The translations under genes and the position numbers were made by a program. Below are positions 15,831-29,615 of a stretch of 64,000 nt of DNA, in pieces (positions within the stretch are counted from its first letter, which is position 1; the number at the start of each line of letters is the position of its first letter). Under the pieces are notes generated by a model. That model worked only from the letters and a program-made list of their open reading frames with translations, did no database searches and was not told the origin of the DNA. Source of the stretch: the human T2T-CHM13v2.0 reference genome, Homo sapiens; the NCBI RefSeq assembly GCF_009914755.1, contig NC_060928.1; one strand, given 5' to 3'.

Positions 15831-16353
15831 CTCAAGGTTATTCAGCTCATTGGTAACAGAATCAGAACTGGAAGTCAGGTTTACCCACTCCCAAACAAAC
15901 TAACCTTCCAAACCTAGCATGACATGTCAAAAGTAGCAATGACTTCTTTGTTTTGAGGAGAGGGATTTGATAAAAATAAGCACGAATAAGTCATACTAGC
16001 AACTACTTTTTAGAGCAATGAAAGGCAGATTCTGCTCACCAGCTAGTTAGTATTCAGATCTCAGTTGACTCATTTTAAGAGGGCAACAAATTCATTAGGG
16101 TAGATGGTAAAGGGTAGAAAGGAAAGTTTTGTTTAGATATCAGTGCTAACATTGTGCTTCCTATAAAAAGGATAAGAAAAAAGATGAGTAAAAAGACACA
16201 ATAACAAAAGTCTGCCTAAAATATTTTTAAACATCCAAATCCTATACTTATCCACTGAAGCAGAAATGACAACACTCCTAAAAGAGTGAGGTACCAATTT
16301 TTAAGAGAACCAAAGAATATATTTTTGTTTAAAAAATACTTTTATGCTAAGAG

Positions 16354-16730
16354 TGATATGGTTTGGATTTGTGTCCCCTCACAAATCCCATGTCGAATTG
16401 TAATCCCCAGTGTTGGAGAAGAGGCTGGGTGGAAGGAGATTGGAACATGGGGGGTGGATTCCCCCTTGCTATTCTCCTGGTAGTGAGTGAGTTCTCACAT
16501 GATCTGGTTGTTTAAAAGTATATAGCACCTTCCCCTTTGCTCTCTTCCTCCTACTCCAGCCATGTAAGATGTGCCTATTTCCCTTACTGCAATGACTAAG
16601 TTTCCTGAGTCCTCCCCAGAAGCAGATGCCTGTATAGCCTGCAAAACCATGAGCCAATTAAGCCTCTTTCCTTTATAAATTGCCGAGTCTCAAGTAGTTC
16701 TTTATAGCAGTGTGAGAATGAACTAATACA
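16354..16730 (+). mobile_element. MSTA-like MaLR solo LTR
   Basis: Starts tgatatggtttggatttgtgtcccc and ends actaataca (TG...CA). 5-bp TSD aagag/aaaag. Confidence 0.9.
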
Positions 16731-16934
16731 AAAAGTTATTCTATTATTGCCTTGATCATTATACTTTCTAGTAGCTAATGTTTTGAAGATGTGAAAAGTG
16801 ACATAAGTAAATACATTTGTATTTCAAAATAAGCAACTAACTGTACTCTAAATTATATTATGTGCAAATTATTAGTAACCAGTTTACCTGATTTGGTATT
16901 GTCCTTTAGTTCAAAACTCTTCTACTTAGAGTAC

Positions 16935-17385
16935 GTGTCAGTTAACTTCAGCTGTATAATACAACATCTAAAATAACCGTTGCTTAAACAAGACAGAAGT
17001 TTAATTCTCTTACATTTAAAAGAAGCCTGGAAGTAAGCTGGTAGAGTAGCACCTCAAAGTTGTACCAGATTCAGGTTCTGTGCAGCTCACCTCACAGCTG
17101 TTCCTGGAGGACAATTGCTTTCTTCACAGTCTGTGCTGGTGCCTACACATACAACTGTATCATCGCATCCACTACCTAAGCAAGAGGGTGAAAAAGGAGA
17201 CTAGCCCCCTTTTCAAAAGAGATTCCCTAAATACCCCATACACGTCTGCCCTTGTCTCATTGACAGGAACTCAGTCACTGGGTCATTCCTAAGAGGGAGA
17301 GAGGCTGAAAACTACATTGGCTGAACAGCACTCTTACTCAAGAAAACGGAGTGAGTATTGGGAGACAACTAGCCATCTGTGCCTG
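16935..17385 (-). mobile_element. Old MLT1 (MLT1K-like) MaLR LTR
   Basis: gcttaaacaagacagaagttta...tctcattgacaggaactcagtcac...tattgggagacaactagc. Confidence 0.6.
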
Positions 17386-17659
17386 AAAAAGAAATCAAAG
17401 AATAGAATAGAGTAGAATAGCCTGTTGCGAGTGGGCAAGTTTTTTGTTGTATTGGCTGTGAGTTGGTGGGTAAACTGTGGATCAATGGAGGAGTAGCTTT
17501 GTACAGGCTGAGGGCCTACTAAACATGTGGAGATACCAGCCCACATATTTGTCATACTCAATGTGAATTAGGTCAACTGTGTTTCATTCCTCTGTTTATT
17601 TGTTCCTTCCTGGTGAGGCACTTTTATCCAGGCTAAAAATGATTTTCAGGATTTGGTAA

Positions 17660-17900
17660 CCAGTGCAGACTTGAGATCCTGATTGCTTGGATCTCAATCC
17701 TGGTTACTCTTTTAACTAAATGTATGCATTGGACAAATTGTTTAATTTTTGTCTACCTCAGGCTCCTCATCTATAAAAATGAGGAAAATAACAAAATCTA
17801 CTTCATGGAGTTGGTGTAAGGATTACATGAATTGATAGAGGTAAAGCATTTATAACAAGTCTTTGCACACAGTAATTGTTCAAAAAATGTTAGCTGTTAT
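17660..17900 (+). mobile_element. MIR
   Basis: ttggacaaattgtttaat...cctcatctataaaaatgagg...gtaaggattacatga...aaatgttagctgttat. Confidence 0.8.
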
Positions 17901-18728
17901 CAACTGCAGACTTGTGCTCTAGAAAAAGACAGTGGACTACAGCCTGCAATCATGCAGGTGATAGCCAAAAAGTAAAATCCACAGTGCAAGGCAATGTTTG
18001 ATGTTAACGTGGGAAGTAAGGGGGTTGGTTTTGTTATACTAGATTTGGAATCAATTCTCCCTTCTGTGGAGTGAAGTTCTGTAAAACGTTCATACTGCCA
18101 CACATAATTCAGAAATGGTCAAGTGAAAGTTATTGACTATAATGGAGAAGAACACAGATTAAGATGTCAGAGAGTAAAAGCATCCTACAAAGAGAGAGAA
18201 AACATTACAGCACCAAAGAGGTGGCAGGTGTTTTAAGAATTGGTAAATACAGAAGCAATTGCTTTGAGTTTCATACAATGAAAAACAAGGATAATTGGCC
18301 TATAGAAATGAATGTGAATGATGACTGTCTAAAGTGTAACTCTTGAGTACTTTCACAGACTGTGGATTCTATGTGGCTATTGTTAAATGCCTTGAAGCAG
18401 CATGAAATGTGTGTAATGTAGGACAAAGACAAGGTTCATCAACCCTGACCTGGATTATGAAAGACTAGACTTACATTTCACTAAGTCACAAAAGTACTTG
18501 TTATAAAAAAATTGAATTTAATATGAGAATACTAATCTATATCATTTGTAATATGTTTATATATAAAACACACATATATTTCTATTTAAATTAATCATGA
18601 AATTTTCAATTCATTCTGTGACTTGATAATACTCAACTTATCTGCTTGACATTATAAAATACAGAGTTAAAGAACCTCTTCAGGTTTTGTTCTGGATATC
18701 TGAATTGGGTGGACCCCAAAGATAATCA

Positions 18729-19068
18729 CAGTTGGCTCTCTGTATCCATGAGTTCCACATCCATGGATTCAATCAACCACATATTGAAAATATTAGAAAG
18801 GAAATGGATGGTTGTGCCTGTATTGAACATGTACGGACATTTTCTTGTCATTATTCCCTAAACCATATAACACAGCAAATCTTTACATAGCATTTAACTT
18901 ATACTAGGTATTATAAGTAATCTAGAGATCATTTAATGTATACAGGAGGATGTATATAGTTTATTTACAAATACTACACCATTTTATATAAGGAACATAA
19001 GCATTCATGGATTTTGGTATCCACAGGGGTCCTGGAACCAATTCCCCATGGATACCAAGGAATGACTG
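18729..19068. mobile_element. MER2 (TcMar-Tigger non-autonomous DNA transposon)
   Basis: TIR-like ends cagttggctctctgtatccatg / catggataccaaggaatgactg followed by TA. Internal ataagtaatctagag motif. Confidence 0.85.
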
Positions 19069-19774
19069 TACACTGACCTGGTACCCATGGCAAGCAAGAT
19101 GAGCAGCATCCCAAGCAGAATGTTGCCTTTACCTGACTAATTCACCCCAAACTGTGCTGCATGTAATATTTCTTCGATGAAGAAGCAAGAACAATATTTT
19201 AATTAAAAATGTCCTATTTTAATAAGCCCATGTGAGGTAAAAAGGTCTTTAAAATTATCATTGATAAGGAAAGAATGTGAAAAATGTCAGACCCCTAATA
19301 CTGTATCTCATGTTTGAAAGAATTACTTTTCCTCTTTAGTTCAGATAATTTATTTAGTCGGTTCAGTTTAATTTAGTTCAGATAATCAGATAGATCCTTT
19401 ATTTTAAAGGGGGAAACAAAGATGTATTTGAGGTAGTGGTCTTTGTGAATGACTTATACATAGCTGGGGGCCTTGCTGGACATATTTATATCCTAGAATG
19501 AGAACAGCAAAGCAATATGCAAAAATGTATGCATAGTTTTAAAATAACCACAGAGAATGGCAGAGAACAAATGTAAAATGAGCAACATAATAAACCCCTA
19601 AGCCCAAGCAGTTTATGGTACATTTCTCTAGACATTTTAAGATTAACATATGTATAATTTTTTTTACTGTAAGAGGGATAATATAAACACAATTTTATGC
19701 TTTATGCAGACAAGAACAATCTCTATCATATGTTTTTCACACATCCATGAGTCTAATTGTATTATTAAGTCCAA

Positions 19775-19890
19775 TTTTCTATTCAAAAAACATTTGCCAG
19801 CATCTGCTATGTGCCAGACACTATTTTAGGTGCTGGAGAAATGATGGAAACCAAAACGATATTTCTATCTTCCTGGTATTAAGCATTCTA
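19775..19890 (-). mobile_element. L2 3' end fragment
   Basis: catttgccagcatctgctatgtgccagacactattttaggtgctggaga. Confidence 0.7.
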
Positions 19891-20849
19891 CTTAGTTTGC
19901 CCAGTAATCATGAAAATTTTCTAATAAGGTAGAATTCATTCATTAGGGAATTAAGTCCAAAATCCTCTGCCAGGTGATGGTTCCCAAGGTAAACATTATT
20001 ATCCAAAATCTTTAATGAGAGGGGAGCCCTTGCAAAACACCACAAGTAGGAGAAGTAGGAGAACTAAGGAATTACTGCTCCTCAAATGATGAGAAATCGT
20101 GGGCAAGGCGACTAAAGTCACAGAAGTGGCAGCTCTGGAAGGAAAGGGACAACCGTTTCTCACTTGCCAGTCTCCACACACAAGCTGAGAGACACAGCAA
20201 GAAAACACATGCTTCCTCTCTACTGTGTGTTTCTTTTTACCACACCTACGAATGTATAGCCTTTGCCATCCCAGATAAACATATACATTATACTTACAAG
20301 CAAACACACAGAGAAGACTGAAAACAGAAAACCGGTCAATTTACTACAACATGGGAATGACCTAGGAATTCGTATCCTTAAAAGAATCCAGGTGCTTGGA
20401 ACTGGTGACCCCTCCAAAACAAAAGCTTCCTTTAAGTATGGATATGTCCTTAAAATGTGATAGAAATGTGTGTGGGGGGAGTGGGGCTGGGGGGTTGTAG
20501 GTTGGGAACTGAAAGTTCTGGGGAGGTGACCTCTGCTCCGCTGTTCCCAGCTACCATCTCTCTGTCTTTCCCAAGTCAAAGGCCAGATAAGTGTCAGCAA
20601 AGCGTTGGCTAGAGTCTCGGAATAGAGATCTTATACAGCTTTTCTCAGTTACAGATGGAGTGAGAGCCTGGGACAAGCATCAAAGAGTGATTTGGTGAAT
20701 ACAGGGGATCTGATACATGTGACACAACGGCCACTAGGGCGACAGGCTACTCCAACAGCGAGGATTTTTAAAGTAATATAAGAGTATATCTAAAACAGTC
20801 CAATAACTGACAGAGAGAGAGAAAGTCAAAACAAATAAACACATGCTGG

Positions 20850-21450
20850 TGATAGAAAACCTCTGTAGAAGACAGCTGATGATTTAAATAAAAATATACT
20901 GTGAGAATACCTGAAGCAATTACAAGTCCAACACAAAGAAAGGACTTTCTGGAGTAAACAGCATTAAACAAAGTAATTTTAAAAATTAGGATTTGCAAAG
21001 TAAATGACGCAGTGGATGAATTTAAAGAGTGCTTGGATTCTGTTGAGACCTCCTATAGTAGATTGAAAAATCAAGTAGAAGAAATATTTTCATAATGGAG
21101 AAAAGATACAAGGAGATAATAAACATAATACATCCTGGCAACATGCCTGAACACCAAGGATAAAAAAAAAAACTATTCCATATACAGAGAATACATTAAA
21201 TGAAAAAGTTATCAGACTTACACAAAATTTCTCACCTGCAACATCAGATGAAAGAATTTAATGGAAAAACATCTAGAAGACCCCTGAAATTCAAGGACTG
21301 CAACCCAAGAACCTAGAACCATGATAAGGTGTCATTCATCTTTTAGTGTTAAAGGAAGAATTTTGAGAACATGCAAAGAGTCTGAGGGTATATTACCCAT
21401 GTACCCAACTTTTCAAACGATAGCACAAAAGATCTAAAGACAGGGAAGAT
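20850..21450 (+). mobile_element. Ancient L1M/HAL1 ORF1 remnant
   Basis: Around 21210-21340 it translates as IRLTQNFSPAT...W...QPKNLEP-KVSF, resembling the L1 ORF1p C-terminal IRLTADLS...QPRISYPAKLSF. Confidence 0.55.
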
Positions 21451-22012
21451 AAAGAGGAAAATAAATAATGGCAATCAATGGCTCTTGTATTTACTAATAG
21501 ATAAATGTACTAGTGTAATCTAATATAATTAATTATAATAATCATAGAAATTAATACCTACTGTGGATTCTATGTGCCTACTGACTGCTTATATATCAAG
21601 TAATGCTTTAAGCATTTTTCATTTAATCCTCATGAGAAAGTCATAGCTATTATTACAGTGACTTCAAAACTCAAAGTTTTGAGCGAAGGAAATATAGAGT
21701 CAAATGTCTCAGCCCAGGAATACAAAGAGAAGTATAAATATTGTAAATTTCTTTCAGATGAGTGTTGTAGGGGTGAGGAGAAACATTTAAGGAAGAACAG
21801 TTTCTTTTAGAGAAAATGGTTATCTATGAAAGCAATAAAATTGAATATATTAATCATTTACTAAATTATTGATTAGATGATAAAAACTGAATTAAAAACC
21901 AAAACTGTAGCCAAGGAGTAGTGTTGGGTAAAAATACAAAACGAACAAGCAAAAAACTCAGCTACAGGCTATTTAAGAAACTCACTGAAATCAAAGTGAT
22001 AAAGAAAGACAA

Positions 22013-22402
22013 TATATACTAATTTCCTTTCTTTTGGATATATACCCAACAGTGTGATTGCTGGATCACATGGTAGCTCAATATTTAGTTTTTTGAGGAA
22101 AGTAGTGGGAGGTTGGGGGGAGGTGGGGGTGGTTAATTGGTACTCAAAAACTGGAAAGAATAAATAAGACCTACTATTTGATAGCACAGCAGGGTGACTA
22201 TGGTCAGTAATAATGACTTAATTGTACATTTTTAAATAAATAATGTAACTGAATTGTTTGTAACTCAAAGGATAAATGCTTGAAGGGATGGATACTCCAT
22301 TCTTCATGATGTTCTTGTTTTACATTGCATGCCTGTATCAAAACATCTCATGCATCCCATAAGTATATACACCTACTATGTATTCACAAAAATAAAATAA
22401 AT
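22013..22402 (+). mobile_element. L1MA2-like insertion with inverted 5' segment
   Basis: 22013-22100 is antisense L1 ORF2 3' region and 22101-22402 is sense 3'UTR plus A-tail. Flanked by aaagacaa direct repeats. Confidence 0.8.
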
Positions 22403-25009
22403 AAAAAAGACAACACAAAAGGATTAGCAAAGCAAAGTGTATAAATGAAGACAGAAAGAATGCAAGAATATCAATAATATTGTCAGCTCAAGTGGAACTT
22501 TAAGTTTACCTACACAGGTAAAGTAATATTAGGTAATTATAATTTAAGAGTAGACATCATGTCCATAAACTTGAAGATACCTAAATATGATTGCTAAATA
22601 TGTAAAGTAAAAACTGTTAGAAATCAAAGCAGAAGCTGACAATTTAAAAAATAGAATAAATTATAAATGGCTGTCAAAGATACATAGAATTTCACTTTAA
22701 AAATCAAATTAATAGCTATATATAGAACTTCACTTTTCTCCATTAGAAAATTTACACCTTTTAGTACTTTTATGGAACACCAACAAAAATAAATCATATA
22801 CTTTCCCTCTAAGAAACATTGTGCTGTTCTTTCTAAGTTCTTACAGGTTAGCTATGCTGATCATATTATAATAAATTTAGTGAATGTTTGATAATGGTAG
22901 CCTATTTCAAATTAATAAACATACTTTTAAAATAACCCCTGGATCAAAGAGGAAAGCAAAACTGAAATATAAGCTATATAAAAAGCATATATAAGAAAAC
23001 ACTATCTGAGAATAATTGAGACATGGCAAAAGCTGTACTTAGGAAAATATACAGTCTGTAGTGCCTATAATATTAAAGATTAATGCATATCTTTTAAAAT
23101 AGTCCTCATAAGAAAACAGAAATGTTAATTACACTTATTTTAAAAATTGGAAGATGAAATTAATGTAAAATATCAAAGCAGAAATTATATAAAATTAATG
23201 AATATAAGTTCAAAACTTCTATGAAGATACCAATGAAGCAAATAAGCCACTGATTAAGGAGAGGATGAGTAGCAAAAAAAAAAAAAAAAAAAAAAAAAAA
23301 GCAGCATGAGTACTGAGAACAGGGACACATCATTTATAGAAGACATTAAATTTAAAAAATTATGTTTGAAATGGAAAAATTATAATTGAAATTACGGCAG
23401 TAAATTTCAAAGTGACAGGAAATAACATACTTCTTAGCAACATCTGAATTACCAAGCTGGACCTAAGACGTGGAAAATTAGTAGTATATCAATTAGCTAT
23501 AAAGAGATCGGAAATGTGATGAAAGACATACTATTTGAAAAATAACCTGAATTAGGGGGATTCAGAGCAAATTCTGTCTAGCCTATTTTCAAAGTTATTT
23601 AAAATATTCAACAATGTAAAAGCTAAAAGGACATGGAAAATTCTTCAGTTGATTTTAGAAAGACAGCATAACTTTCATGCCAAAACCTAATAAAGATCAA
23701 ACAAAAATAAAGACTAATTTTAATTATTTCAATGAAAACTTTAAAGTAAAATATGAATACATAGAACCTAGTTCTGTGTAATAAGATTAATACCCCATGA
23801 CCCAAGTCTATTTCAGGAAACCTAACATAATCAATTACACAAACAAACAGAGGAAGAAAATCATACAATTATAACATTAGAAGTAGGAAAGGCATTTGAC
23901 ACATTTCATACATTCCTAAAGGAAATTCTGAATAAAATAGAAAACATAAAACACTGCTGACATATATTGGCAACTATTTAAAAATCAACTAATATTAACC
24001 CAAATATTAAAACCCAAAAACAATTACAATTATAATTGGAAATTGCACAGGGAAACACACTATTATTGAACATTGATGTGAAGATTCTAGTAAATATAAT
24101 CAAAGAAAAAAATAAAATTGTCTGTATAAATCACGAAAAAGAATATATAAAACTTTGATGAACCTATTATACAATTTTAGACTTTGAAAACCCAAGAGAC
24201 TCTAAGTTTAAAAATCTCTATACTCAATGTAATAATTCAATAAAGTTCTGAATGAAAGAAGCTAGAAGAAATCAGTATTTATCCTCCATTTTAGCAAAGA
24301 GTGAAAAACTTCTGCTTATAATAAGGAAGAAATAAATGTTTATTATCTGTGTTAGCAATAAGTAATTTGAAAAGAAAATAACAAAAGGTATTTGCAAGAG
24401 CAACAAAAATATAAAATCTTTAGAAATAAATTTAACAAGAAAGTTTTACATCTATATAAAGAAAACAAATGATTGAGGAAGAGATCAAAAGAAGTTGTAA
24501 TGAAAGGGAATACATTCTATTTTCTTGAGTGATTTATATAACCAAAATAGAAAGTCTTAAAAATTTAACAATAAATGCAATTATAACTAAAATGCCAATA
24601 ATTTTAATTTAATAAAATGATACGGAAGTTCATATGAAAAAAATAAATTTCCAAGAATAACCAAGAATAGCACAATAAAGGAAAAAAAGAATATCGAGAG
24701 TGGACAACATTTATTTGCCTTATAAGATATTACAAGATAAGTAATCATATCGATATTTTATTAGCATAGGAATAGTAGACAAATAGATCAGTGGAAATAA
24801 ATAAGTCTATATTAAATGTATATGTGTGCATACTATATGTATAGGTAATAATCAAAGATACAGGTAATAATGAAAGATGCAGGTAATAATCAAAACAATA
24901 AGAGAACACATGACTCTAAAGAGAGTTGCTAGCAAAATTGTGGCTACTGGACAGTGAAGAACATCATACAAGAGAAATGGACAAGGACCAGTGAGTTGGT
25001 AGACAGAAA

Positions 25010-25032
25010 TTATATATATATATATATATATA
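25010..25032. repeat. (TA)n microsatellite
   Basis: About 11 TA units. Confidence 0.9.
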
Positions 25033-25294
25033 TTTGCACAGACATTTGTGAGAAAACTACATGATAGTCCAATACAGCTTTTTAAAAGATGGATTGTTTA
25101 GAAATAATACTGAAATAACTTGCTACATACCTAAAAGTATTAAGTTGGAACCCTTTCTTACGTCATATACAAACATTAGTTTCAGATGATTTAAACACAC
25201 TTATTTAAAGAAAAGGTAAAACAAAACTTATAAAACCAACACAAGAAGACTCATTCCAAAACCTGAGATTACAAACACAAATAAGACCTTAGTG

Positions 25295-25422
25295 ATTCGA
25301 GAGGCTGAGGCAGGAGAATCGCTTGAACCCGGGAGGTGGAAGTTGCAGTGAGCCAAGATCGCCACTGTACTCCAGCCTGGGTGACAAGAGCGAGACTCAC
25401 TCTCAAAAAAATAAAAATAAAA
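25295..25422 (+). mobile_element. 5'-truncated Alu (right arm, AluSq/Sp-like)
   Basis: Right-monomer sequence with tail. TSD AAGACCT(T/C)AGTG at 25283-25294 and 25423-25434. Confidence 0.9.
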
Positions 25423-26459
25423 AAGACCTCAGTGCTCAAGAAAGAAAACCTAAATTGTATAGAAATATGATAGAAACATTTCACCATGTTAAAATTTTAT
25501 AATATGGCAAAGATACCATACATGAAATAATTGATGCCCAGAGGCAAGGGGAAAAATAAAAATAAAAACGAAAATAAATTTAAAATAACATTTTGCATTA
25601 AAAACATAATACATGGAGCAGTGGCTATAACAGGCACTCAAGCTGCAGTTCACTATTGTACATTTTTATGTCGATTCCAAAACTTTCAATTTTAATAAGT
25701 GCTTGAAAACATTTCTTAATACTAAAATATTCTTTATATTTTTCATTCTAAACTCCCAAACCAGTAGCATATTGTCTCATCAAGCAGTAAAGAAACCTTG
25801 TTATTATTTCAATTTTCCTTCCTTTTTAAAAAATTCTTGCCTTTACTAGAATTGCAGCTCTCCACTGAGGACATAATGATCAAAATAGCAAGTTATCAAA
25901 TGGGGTTAAATGCAATGTAAAAGCAGCATGGGTGTGGTCCCAGTTGCCAGACAATGAGATGCAAAATGACTAGTTTTTATGATCCACATCATCTTCTGAT
26001 CTAGGCATCCAGCCAGTGGTCTACATCATATTCAAAAGGAAATTAAATTTTCATGACCGAAAAGTTGTTATATCAAAGATATTCTTCCAAAAATAAGGAT
26101 TAATTGGATACCAAGAGAGATACAGGTAATCATCAAAACAGGAAGAGAACACATGACTCTAAAGATAGTTGCTAGCAAAATTGTGGCTACTGGACAGTGA
26201 AGAACATAGTACAAGGGAAATGGACAAGGACCAGTAAGTTGGTAGACAGAAATGAAATCAGTAATATAGCAAAGTCACTATAGGGAGCAAGTATTTGCTA
26301 CTATGTAGAGCAGAACTATATCTATCTGACAAATTCAAAGTGCTGTTTATGAAGTTGTATTTATATAAACTAGATTTAGCAATAAGATAACTAAAAATGT
26401 TCTGAGGCAACTAACACATTTTCAATTAAACCACAAACCTTACTTATTCACAGATAGGA

Positions 26460-26629
26460 GCTAAAAGTATAGATTCTGGAGCCAAACTAAAGGCTTCCTG
26501 TAGTCTAATTTCAGATTTTCTGCTTATTTGTTGTGACCCTAGGTATTTTTCTTAACTTCATTATGCCTCACTTTTCTTATCGGTTCAATAGGGGGTTAAT
26601 AATAGTACCTACCTCATAGGTTTGTTGTA

Positions 26630-26682
<53 letters not shown>

Positions 26683-26740
26683 ACTTAGAACAATCACTGG
26701 CAACATGTAAGTACTAGTAGGTGTTAGCTATTATGATTAT
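26460..26740 (+). mobile_element. MIR interrupted by a TG microsatellite
   Basis: gtgaccctagg...aataatagtacctacctcataggtttgttgtaaggatt...gtgttagctattat. Confidence 0.8.
26635..26679. repeat. (TG)22 microsatellite
   Basis: Perfect TG run. Confidence 0.97.
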
Positions 26741-26744
26741 CTTC

Positions 26745-27790
26745 TATTCAGTCAGCAAAATATATTTATTGAGTGTCTACTATACTCTGGATGCTATATT
26801 AGCACCTAGAATAAAAATAGTAATCAGAAATATAGTCTTAACTTCAAATAGTTCAATAAGGAGATGAACAAGTTACCAACAATTGCAAGTCATTGTAAAA
26901 CAGCTCCTATTAGATATATGCAGTCTCCTGAGGAAACAAAGGTAGGAGCATCGCTCAATGAAACTAAAAAGTCAACAGAAACCCAATTCTAGATATGACT
27001 GTTGAGACGAGTCTTAAAGAATGGAGGAAAAGTGAAGAGTACAGCTTGTGAAAGTGATGAGAGAATGAAGCCTTAATATGTTACAAGGAGAATTACAACT
27101 CCTTTTTGCAACAGGTGGAGCTAAAGTCGGGGCAAGGGAGAGGAATGTGGTGAGGTGGTTGTTGTCAGGTCAGTGAAATGACACAGGAAAGAGAGGAAAA
27201 AAATAGTATGCTTGGGAATTTGAACATGACCCTAAAAGGCTTTTAAGTAAGGGAATGACATGCTCAGTCACCCCTGTACTCCAAGTCCAGGTTGGCCTGT
27301 GGAGAGTGACACTGGAGGCTGAGAGGCCAGTTTGGATGCCATCACAGTAATTCAGGAAGAACATTCTAAAGCAATGTCAGGAAGGGGAAGGAAAAACATA
27401 CAACAATAAAGGAAATTGATCTTTAATACTTGGTTTCTAATTTCGTGTAGGAATTTGGGGAAACAAAGGAATTTACAATAACTTTCCAGCTCGTGTAGTT
27501 TCCAGCCCCTGCAGCTGGAAAGCTGGTGCAGCTATTCTTTAAAATAGAAACAAGAACAGATTGGCAGGAAAGTCCAGCATGAGGTATGTCATATGTGGGT
27601 TGTCTGTGGGACATCCAAGAAACCATTTTTAGTATGCAGCTAGGCTTCGCACCTGAGTCCCAGGAGAGATATTTGGGCTGGAGATACAAAACCGTGTGCC
27701 ATCAGAACCTGGGCTATATATTATCCTATACCCTCAGGGAGAGTACACAAAATCAGAAGAGCAGAAGGCTAACTGTGGATCTTGAATTTT
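26745..27790 (-). mobile_element. L2 remnant
   Basis: atatttattgagtgtctactat..., ggtttttaagtaagggaatgacatg, ggagagatatttgggctggagataca. Confidence 0.7.
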
Positions 27791-28187
27791 TTTTTACTTT
27801 AAAAATATCCGTGGAGAAAATTCTAAAATTAGTTTTAGACCAATATTTTAGCACATATTTTCTCATATCTAAATAAGTAAAGAAAAGCATTAGTGCATCA
27901 AATTAGGTGCGTTCTGAAAGATGCTAAAACATTAACATGGCAAATATTTACTTTTTGACACACAAACAGCAAAGAGTAATCTTTAGATTTATGATTTTAT
28001 TTATACAGTTCTACAACTGTATATCAAAAATAAGGAGATTATATAAAATCTTAAAACAATTAAAGCAAGAATGTATTCACCAATTCAAATATGAAAACTG
28101 TGTTTCGGTGTCAGTATGTATTTCTTAAATCAGTCAAATACTAAAGATAATGTGCAACTGAAGAGCAAAGACCAAGTGGACAGTTGA

Positions 28188-28508
<321 letters not shown>

Positions 28509-29209
28509 ACATGAAATATTTTTAAACAAATTAAATGTGGCTTTATATATTTCACAGGATAAAATGGGTGGAGGCATACTAAATTACAAAAGATTCCTAG
28601 TTTAAGCATTCCCACCACAGAATAAACTTTCAGTTAAGATTTTTTTCCTGGGAGAACCACTAATATATTCCAAATAGATCACCAACCTAAGTATACATGT
28701 AATGCATTGTATAAATATCCTTTAATGATTCCCTCAATATTCTACATCTCGTTACTGGAGAAGGAACTTTTCACCCCAAACAATATTCAATCATTTGATC
28801 CTTGGAAGAAGATTAAAAACTGCCAGAAACAAACAAAATCCACATTATCATCAGAAACTAACAGATGCACTTTGGCAAAAGTAAACTGTCCCTTGACCTC
28901 CACGACAACCTTTTACTTATGGAAACTGTGACATCTGGTTCTTTTATAATTCATAACCCTCTTCTGCTTAAAGTGTTAGAATAATATGTATTTATATTAC
29001 AATACAAGAAAGTAGTCAATGTGCTCCACATTTCACCAGCATGTGATTTAAAAATAAAAAGGGAGAAATAAAGAAAAAAGGAAGAAAGAAAAAGGAGAAA
29101 GAATGAATAAATGAAAAGACGGAAAAAAAAGGTCATGCTTATATCAATGCTCAAATTACAAGGGCTGAGCCCCATCTACTGATTGTATTTCCATCACTTA
29201 TTCAGAGGG

Positions 29210-29615
29210 TATATTAGGCCATTCTTGCATTGCTATAAATACCTGAGACTGGGTAATTTATAAGAAAAGACGTTTAATTGGCTCACAGTTTTACAAGCTA
29301 TACAGGAAGCACAGCAGCATCTGCTTATGGGGAGGTCTCAGGAAGCTTCCAATCATGACAGAAGGCAAAATAAGAGCAGGCACGTCACACGGCAAAAGAA
29401 GGAGCAAGACAGGGAGAGAGTGGACAGGGAGGTGCCACACACTTTTAAATGACCAGATCTCACCAGAACTCAGAGTGAGAGTTCACCTAACACCAAGGAG
29501 ATGGCCCAAGCCATTCACCAGGGATCCACCCTCATGATCTAAACACCTCCTACCAGGCCCCACCTCCAACAATAGGGATTACAATTTAACATGACAGGAC
29601 ATACAAACCATATCA
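29210..29615 (-). mobile_element. MSTB-like MaLR solo LTR
   Basis: tattaggccattcttgcattgctataaa...caaaccatatca. Perfect 5-bp TSD GAGGG at 29205-29209 and 29616-29620. Confidence 0.9.

Larger units (their letters stand above)
22440..25540 (+). mobile_element. Highly decayed L1M (L1ME/L1M5-like) ORF2 remnant
   Basis: Collinear ORF2 landmarks: ataacccctggatcaaagagg, ggcaaaagctgtacttagg, aaggcatttgac, tagatcagtggaa, ttggaaccctttcttacgtcatatac. Confidence 0.7.

Noticed and set aside
18359-21583. ACTGTGGATTCTATGTG shared by 18359 and 21560
   Set aside because: A 17-bp match is near chance expectation in a 64-kb AT-rich window, and the second copy overlaps a MIR-like fragment.
23274-23300. A27 run flanked by atgagta, a possible poly(A)-only retro-insertion
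   Set aside because: The putative TSD is too short and degenerate. Slippage expansion inside A-rich L1 sequence explains it equally well.
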